Part shown: positions 59,201 through 64,000 of the stretch, piece after piece | How the letters are laid out: every line of letters starts with the position of its first letter | How positions within the stretch are numbered: the first letter of the stretch is position 1 | NCBI GenBank assembly: GCA_035627515.1 | Contig: DASPLQ010000012.1 | Coordinates: forward strand, 391,269 to 455,268 | Origin: Vitreimonas sp. | Lineage (GTDB): Bacteria > Patescibacteriota > Microgenomatia > UBA1400 > PJMF01 | Reading direction: 5' to 3' | DNA length: 64,000 bases | The notes under the pieces: model-generated | The model's database searches: none | What the model was told of the DNA's origin: nothing | What the model saw: only the letters and a program-made list of their open reading frames with translations | Translations under genes and position numbers: made by a program

Positions 59201-60571
59201 ATGGTCAAAGGTGAGAAAGCCGATGAGTATGTTAGAGCTATCAGTGCTGCTCGCGGCATAAATGGGCGTAACTATGAAGCACGCAAAGATTCTAAAGGAT
59301 ATCTAGAAGTTAAAGTTGGTAATAACTGGTATAAAGTCCATGATACTTCTATGGGAACACTTGGAGAAAATATGGGTGATCGGCCTGCCAACGCCGGGAC
59401 CTATCGTTCCAAGCTCAAGAGTGGCACCGGAGCTGATGGTGCAATTGGTCCTTTTATCAGTATTGATTATTTCTACGAAACCCTACCTTCTGCCACCGCT
59501 ACATATGCATCGATGACGGCAGAAAAATCTTACTTTGGTAAAACATTAGCACAAGAGTTATTCTTAGCTAACGATGGCCAATTTGATAAGATTCCGTTCC
59601 AAAATTATATTGCTGGAGAAGATAGAGCGGTCCGTTATAAAGATACTGGCAGTCTAGGTGTAGAAATGTACGAAAAGATTGTCGGTGGACTTGGTATCAA
59701 CTGGGCCTCAATTGCAACCGCAATGAAAGGGGCTGCTACTTCGCCGATCTTTAACTTTAGAGAGTTAGAAAAAGTGCAAAAGCTTTCTCGAAATGTTTAT
59801 TATTTACTCACACGAGATTATGGTGGTGAGCTGCACAAATGGCCTACTAAAGAGCAATATTGGCGCTATCGTATTATTGAACAATATTGGCAAAATAATG
59901 ATCGCGACTTTGCTAAGATTCCTGTCGGAGCAAAAGTCACTTCCGCTCCAGGGGGATTACCAGCCCGTTATAACGGTTTAGTAGTGGAGGTAACAGATGA
60001 AGACCGCAAAACCATCCTCAAAGCCAATCGCCGATATGATAAGACGTATGAGCTATTCGACGCTCGACCCACAAAAGATGAATCAGAGATGTCTCCTGAT
60101 GAAGTAAATGATTTCGATGACAGTGATGGCGGTTATTCTCGATATATTTCTAATGTTCACAACGCCTATCGAATTGCGAAGTTTTTGCCTGATGAAGCAC
60201 CTAAAAATGAATTCGAGAGAACAGTGATACGCAATGAGACAGATGGCTACATGATGCGCAAAAAATTGATTTTAGGACTATTACTTATCAATGACATTTC
60301 AGTTTCATCATTAACAGGTATTAGCTGGGATGACATTGTGGTAATTGTTGAGTTCTTAAGTAATGAATATTGGCAAGCACGGAATGCCAATGAATTTAAT
60401 ACTTTTATTGGAGATCTCTTCGGTAGACCGAAACGAATTTACAACGGTTTGGGACTCTTTTCTCGCGAAGAAGCTTTTGCGCTGTTGCGTAGCGCGGGTG
60501 TTGATACTAGTGTTCTCTCACGCATTACTGCGATGTCAGAACGCTTATCCCGTGTGCCGGGTGTGAAGTAA
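56258..60571 (+). CDS. Very large hypothetical protein (about 1437 aa), His-rich central region
   Basis: 4.3-kb ORF; TGGTATAAT next to the start. Confidence 0.82.
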   Translation: MVTVSKGHEQEQVNISEISQRQRDVIDISKYLDTAPQSQVKPVMATLREVMKGDGISYAEKLRLMVRELSGVLKRTDAKKREALLKIENDILHELGTIAFDIDLEDDQDKQLVLLQQYAEYVYVMEEVIVPALKQETAVDNALLAQKKTGETDLLTTVAENPPEATDDPAIWNAAITQVTERITKFHETLQKVLNAPDRRVALEEHSDALIELQYEAQNAISFILLSNVIQSTPDRDKQINNLNKAFEGLKQSFEKLRSERVTAEQAVTGRDKSSVEDWEKNPELHPDAAKNVRRAIVAAQPNLESLVTKKPQAKWSPKQFDERIDLIDQVEAQLQRPAQRLLVTIEAYQTAPEPHPDKKASNTEKANFLQWHYYDNPASGEKGKPKFEEMGVGVILKFLSEMRQYTWEMKAEKRFPELMKDISRFVDREKEPKPPKNVAEVGGYYLQLQKDITDLRQLLDAAITVVQEDDKIQPEEKEFLLKNLFEKYDQELNRRIEKIYAFWTGKTGEEFNIEILYPELTELRKNAKKWKSEHGHESKNAKLLADLIPRARHAVLANPTYTYPGDDGRYGAFLDERYFGPATEAYKHIHENIHHPHGYEKLIIDFFEQQSGKHHHPELINEGWRDAAPEVLADALWQYIRVFLFDIVASRAQNNFFPVKIHHFEVPLHDHDHSHMSQVIGSLGALGSYFKLHGEAEKGQKLIEAEGRMFLDCSQIEFVMNFGHDLFSKSKDMEGIKKLLGSNAYDKDDLERMFIIGRDFETGVYTGTRIGRAWQAVYAMNEPVIHEIALRSGELKNVGDPTTHLRFVRNVKEKNALAFFPWEDVNKNPEKTQLAYVKSVLIQIIAGSEEEPPWMISKNYEERMKFSQNYLQWRLFGDYDSSKPLNEQGKDIRGIMDGSVPRGGDQKKPHERSLWARFLAAGGKVGTKTTDRNISLGDGAPSEFLTAEEDTLRDKGFLAQKVATNFYYISMDHARASGGGMVKGEKADEYVRAISAARGINGRNYEARKDSKGYLEVKVGNNWYKVHDTSMGTLGENMGDRPANAGTYRSKLKSGTGADGAIGPFISIDYFYETLPSATATYASMTAEKSYFGKTLAQELFLANDGQFDKIPFQNYIAGEDRAVRYKDTGSLGVEMYEKIVGGLGINWASIATAMKGAATSPIFNFRELEKVQKLSRNVYYLLTRDYGGELHKWPTKEQYWRYRIIEQYWQNNDRDFAKIPVGAKVTSAPGGLPARYNGLVVEVTDEDRKTILKANRRYDKTYELFDARPTKDESEMSPDEVNDFDDSDGGYSRYISNVHNAYRIAKFLPDEAPKNEFERTVIRNETDGYMMRKKLILGLLLINDISVSSLTGISWDDIVVIVEFLSNEYWQARNANEFNTFIGDLFGRPKRIYNGLGLFSREEAFALLRSAGVDTSVLSRITAMSERLSRVPGVK

Positions 60572-60724
60572 CTAGGTTTCTGAAATCCCTGAGAAAAAAA
60601 ACGCTATAAATATCCTCTACCAGGATAGTAAAACTATTGCACAACAATTATTGTGATAGGTGAATAACAATTTGTAATTGCCATTTTAATTTGAGTATAT
60701 AAGGGAAGTACTGCTTGAGTTACC

Positions 60725-62497
60725 TTAAGCATCAGGGAAATTTTTAGGAGTGCTTTCGTCAGATCTTGGAACATGTCCATGGTTATCTGGTGTATCTCCC
60801 ACAGTTTCTTGACCCGGTGTAGTTGGGCCTGTGGAATCTCCGGGCTCAGTACCCACCGCAGTTGTCCCAGGGCGACGACGAGCGCCATTACCCCAATTAC
60901 GAATGTTGTTAAGTGTTTGAGAAGCTGTAGCACCAATGTCACCGGTATCTTTTCCAAATGCATCTGCAAAGGCTGCCCAGTTACGAACAAAGTTTCCAGT
61001 ATTATTGACCACACGAGCTCCTCTTCTAACTATAGGTATAGCTAATGGTAACGCAGCCCCAACTGCAGCACCAGTGCCAGCATAGCTGAAATTACTGCTC
61101 CGAGGCACGGCATCTTCACCTTGTGCTCGTCTTCTACGTTGAGCTAATAGATATCCTGCCCCTGCACCAAGAGCAGCTCCACCCACACCAAGAGCGGCAC
61201 CGCCGACCATGGCGGTAGCAATACCACGTCTATCTGCTACCTTCTTATACGCAGCTCCCATCAACTCTCCAAACACGCCACCATCGCCAGCGCCTAAAGC
61301 CTTCTTCACTTTATCAACTACCTCTGGTAAAGCTAAGACTAAACCTAAACCGATCAAGACTGTGAGGGCGTCACCAGTGCCAGAACCGAACAAGTATGGT
61401 GGTAAGAAGCCAGTGCCTTCAGCGCCAATGGAGTCGCCGGTGCGGGCATCGATTAAGTGGGAGTAAACGATCAAAACCATCAAGACAGCGGGGAAGACAG
61501 CTAAGTTACCAACTAACGATTTGATCCAACCAGTAAAAGTACTGCCTCGACCAGGAATGGCCGTGGTCATGAGTAATAATGGTGACAAGGTAATAGTCAT
61601 GATGATGGTGATATACGTTTTGAGCAGTGAGAAGAAGAGTTTCATCATCGAGAAAATGATGACGACTAAAATGATGATTAAAAGAGTGATTTCTGATAAC
61701 CAACTGACAGCATTGGAAACCACACCACCAAAACCATTGAGGCTACCATCAATAAAGTCGCCAATGGCATCGACACTGGAGAGCGTGCCGTGGGTGAGAA
61801 TATATATGGTCAACTGGACGATGTTTTTATCAATTAAGTTAGTTTCTTGGCCAAAAACGCCGACGAGTAAGAACATGACTACATACATTAAGTCGATCAA
61901 TAAGCCTGCAATAGCATACGAAAAAGTGACAGCAAATAAAGCTAAAATGACGTTAGGGATGGCTTGCTGAGCAGTGACAGCGCTGGAGCCCATTTTTTGA
62001 CGGAACATAATCAAGAAACCGATAGCTAACATCACTAAAATTAAGAACAAATAGGCGAGGTTGCGGAATAATTTCCAGGCTTGAAGCACAGGTGATAGTG
62101 AGGCAAAACCTAAACCTTGGGCATAAGCTTGAGGAACGATATGCGCGGAGTTGAGGACATCAGCGACGTAGGTAGCGGTATCAGCCGGTGGGTTTTCATA
62201 CATGGCGACGACAGCACGGTTAATCCCGCCGATTGCGCCACCGCCATAAGCGACGCCAATTGAGTTACTTTTACACTCAGGACTAGCCATAGTGCCGCCG
62301 AGCAAACAAACCGTGGTACCGAGAAAACTGGTTTCGAGGAGATAACTGCCCGTGTGAGCTAGGTTGGCACGGACTTCGTTGTTGGCAAGGTCATTGCCTT
62401 CGTTGGTTTCTCTAATGATGTCATTAGCAGTGTTAGCATAAGCTGGCACAACCACTAATAACACTAAGACTAAACCGGCGAGCAGCTTTTTGAGCAT
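60725..62497 (-). CDS. VirB6/TrbL-like polytopic membrane protein
   Basis: Signal peptide, W..FRN.AY, IGFLIMFR, LVTFSYAIAGLLID-type motif, SPL....AIPG, W.K.L.GNL.VFP, about 7 TM, Gly-rich tail. Confidence 0.75.
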   Translation of the reverse strand: MLKKLLAGLVLVLLVVVPAYANTANDIIRETNEGNDLANNEVRANLAHTGSYLLETSFLGTTVCLLGGTMASPECKSNSIGVAYGGGAIGGINRAVVAMYENPPADTATYVADVLNSAHIVPQAYAQGLGFASLSPVLQAWKLFRNLAYLFLILVMLAIGFLIMFRQKMGSSAVTAQQAIPNVILALFAVTFSYAIAGLLIDLMYVVMFLLVGVFGQETNLIDKNIVQLTIYILTHGTLSSVDAIGDFIDGSLNGFGGVVSNAVSWLSEITLLIIILVVIIFSMMKLFFSLLKTYITIIMTITLSPLLLMTTAIPGRGSTFTGWIKSLVGNLAVFPAVLMVLIVYSHLIDARTGDSIGAEGTGFLPPYLFGSGTGDALTVLIGLGLVLALPEVVDKVKKALGAGDGGVFGELMGAAYKKVADRRGIATAMVGGAALGVGGAALGAGAGYLLAQRRRRAQGEDAVPRSSNFSYAGTGAAVGAALPLAIPIVRRGARVVNNTGNFVRNWAAFADAFGKDTGDIGATASQTLNNIRNWGNGARRRPGTTAVGTEPGDSTGPTTPGQETVGDTPDNHGHVPRSDESTPKNFPDA

Positions 62498-62630
62498 ATG
62501 CACCTGTTATTGTACCTGATTCAGGCTCGAGGTCAAAGGAGGAGTTTTTTTATATGTATTACTCAGTTACCACGCTACTTACTTGTTGACTCTTGCGGAA
62601 ACAGCCACCTTTTTGGTATACATTTGGGTA

Positions 62631-63626
62631 ATGATAACCAGTGAACAACAGCAACAATTGAAAGATTTATTAGCCGCCGCTCACCAAGTGACAGTCGTGA
62701 TTGGCGCTGAGCCCACGTACGATCAGGTAGCAACAGGCTTGGCTTTGAGTCAAGCTTTAGTGCAGGCAGGTAAGGAAGTCTTGACTGTGGCGCCCCGAGC
62801 TTTGGGTGAGAGTTTTGAAACCTTGACTGGTTTGGAGTTGGTGCGTCACGAACTCGGTCACCAGAATTTGAGTATTAGTTTTGCCTATCAAGAAACAGCA
62901 GTGGATAAAGTTAGTTACCATATCGATGATCAAAACCAGCGGTTTTATTTGGTAATCAAACCTCAACAGGGAGCTCAACCGTTGGATGCCAATTCAGTTG
63001 AGTTTTCGTATACCGGTGCGGGGGCTGATTTGGTGTTTTTGGTGGGCATTCATGCCTTGGAATCATTGGAACAACTTTATTTTGGCTATGAGGATTTTTA
63101 TCAAACCACGACCGTGGTGACTTTCCATACCTTTGATGCTGCGATTGGTAATATTAAACTGAACGTGGGTGAGAAGAGTAGTTTGAGTGAGGGGATGTGG
63201 GAGTTGTTGCAGGGAGTGGAGTTGCCTATCGATGGTAACATGGCCACTAATTTATTGGCGGGGATTGAAGAGGCAACTGATGGTTTTAGGTCATTGGCGG
63301 TGACTGCTGAGACATTTGAGAGTGTGTCACAGTTGATGAGAATGGGGGCGCGCCGCGTGCGGCGCGCACAAAAAGAAGCCAGTCCTGTGTATGGCAATGG
63401 GATGAGTAAAGGAGCATCAGCAGTCAGTCCTAAATTCATTCAAGCCTTTAGCAAAAAAGCTCAGTCCGCTCCAGCGGATGCAGAAAACAGTGACTTGCCC
63501 ACTGCGGCTGATGGTCTCGAGGGGGAAGTCTCGGTGAGTAAGCCTCCTAAGCGAGGCAAAAAAACTCCTCAGCCTGGTGATTTAGATTACCAACCAGGTG
63601 TTTTTGGACCTGGTGGGAGCGGTTAG
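62631..63626 (+). CDS. DHH/NrnA-like phosphoesterase homolog, catalytically degenerate
   Basis: Fold-level motifs (SSLSE, ATNLLAGI..ATDGF, TFE.VS.LM.MGA) are present, but PTYDQ and TFHT replace the DxD and DHH motifs. Confidence 0.7.
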   Translation: MITSEQQQQLKDLLAAAHQVTVVIGAEPTYDQVATGLALSQALVQAGKEVLTVAPRALGESFETLTGLELVRHELGHQNLSISFAYQETAVDKVSYHIDDQNQRFYLVIKPQQGAQPLDANSVEFSYTGAGADLVFLVGIHALESLEQLYFGYEDFYQTTTVVTFHTFDAAIGNIKLNVGEKSSLSEGMWELLQGVELPIDGNMATNLLAGIEEATDGFRSLAVTAETFESVSQLMRMGARRVRRAQKEASPVYGNGMSKGASAVSPKFIQAFSKKAQSAPADAENSDLPTAADGLEGEVSVSKPPKRGKKTPQPGDLDYQPGVFGPGGSG

Positions 63627-63696
63627 TTTTAAATTCTTTTTTATATAGTAATTGTCTCAGTCTCCCAAAGTGTATTTTCTGTGCGTTGTGCGGTTT

Positions 63697-63713
63697 TTGT
63701 TAATATTGGCACA
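63697..63713 (-). repeat. 17-bp intergenic motif, copy 3
   Basis: TTGTTAATATTGGCACA. Similarity to copy 1 extends further (AAAAAYCGCACAA). Confidence 0.9.
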
Positions 63714-64000
63714 ATCGAGAGAGAGGTGCTTCACTGTGGTTGGTGGTATGTGTACAAAAGCTAGCCTGGATGATGTGCAAAATGTACGTTTTGACTGCAA
63801 TGACTTCTGTCCAGGGGAACTTCTGCAGTGATGGTGATTAAGAGTGCTTATCGTCACCTTATAAGAAGGATAATTCTGAAGCGTTAAAGCGACGTCTTCA
63901 TTTTAGCTCCCACCTCACCGTCGGTACCTTTCCTTCAAACACTCATTTTTACAGTGACATAAATAGTGCATGATCGTGGCACAAATATGCCACTCGATTT

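Noticed and set aside
39475-62497. Integrated conjugative element or prophage
   Set aside because: No integrase, relaxase, att repeats or phage structural genes are visible, and the locus abuts dnaA.
25581-63713. TGGCAC within the repeated motif as a sigma54 promoter, or the repeats as CRISPR, attC or dif
   Set aside because: No TTGC at -12 in any copy; the copies are kilobases apart with no spacers or cas genes; no attC core or XerC/D consensus.

Overview
Chromosomal window from a Patescibacteria (CPR) genome, most likely Microgenomates. This is inferred from a VirB4/PrgI/VirB6 cluster, DUF4012, VanW, a short ValS, a degenerate DHH protein and many orphan genes. The window spans the replication origin (dnaA-oriC-dnaN-rpmH-rnpA-yidD-yidC-jag-rnhA, all minus strand). 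The left arm carries radA, a LysM protein, three tandem carbonic-anhydrase-like genes, rpsA, pgk, fba, a tRNA-Ala-23S-5S unit with no linked 16S, valS and rplY. The right arm is a T4SS-like cluster with no relaxase in the window (VirB4, VirB4-N-like, PrgI, a giant M23 peptidase, VirB6-like). It is interrupted by about 11 kb of large orphan genes that may encode effectors. The best leads are: (1) a cobalamin-riboswitch-like RNA (about 50791-50904, minus) with variant ligand-contact segments, in front of an orphan Zn-ribbon gene inside the secretion cluster; (2) a dispersed intergenic element (exact 29-mer x2, exact 17-mer x3, shared core TGCCAATATT) on both sides of oriC; (3) three divergent carbonic-anhydrase-like genes in tandem; (4) many -10 boxes lying 6-9 nt before start codons, suggesting leaderless mRNAs. 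All calls were made by eye; no searches were run.
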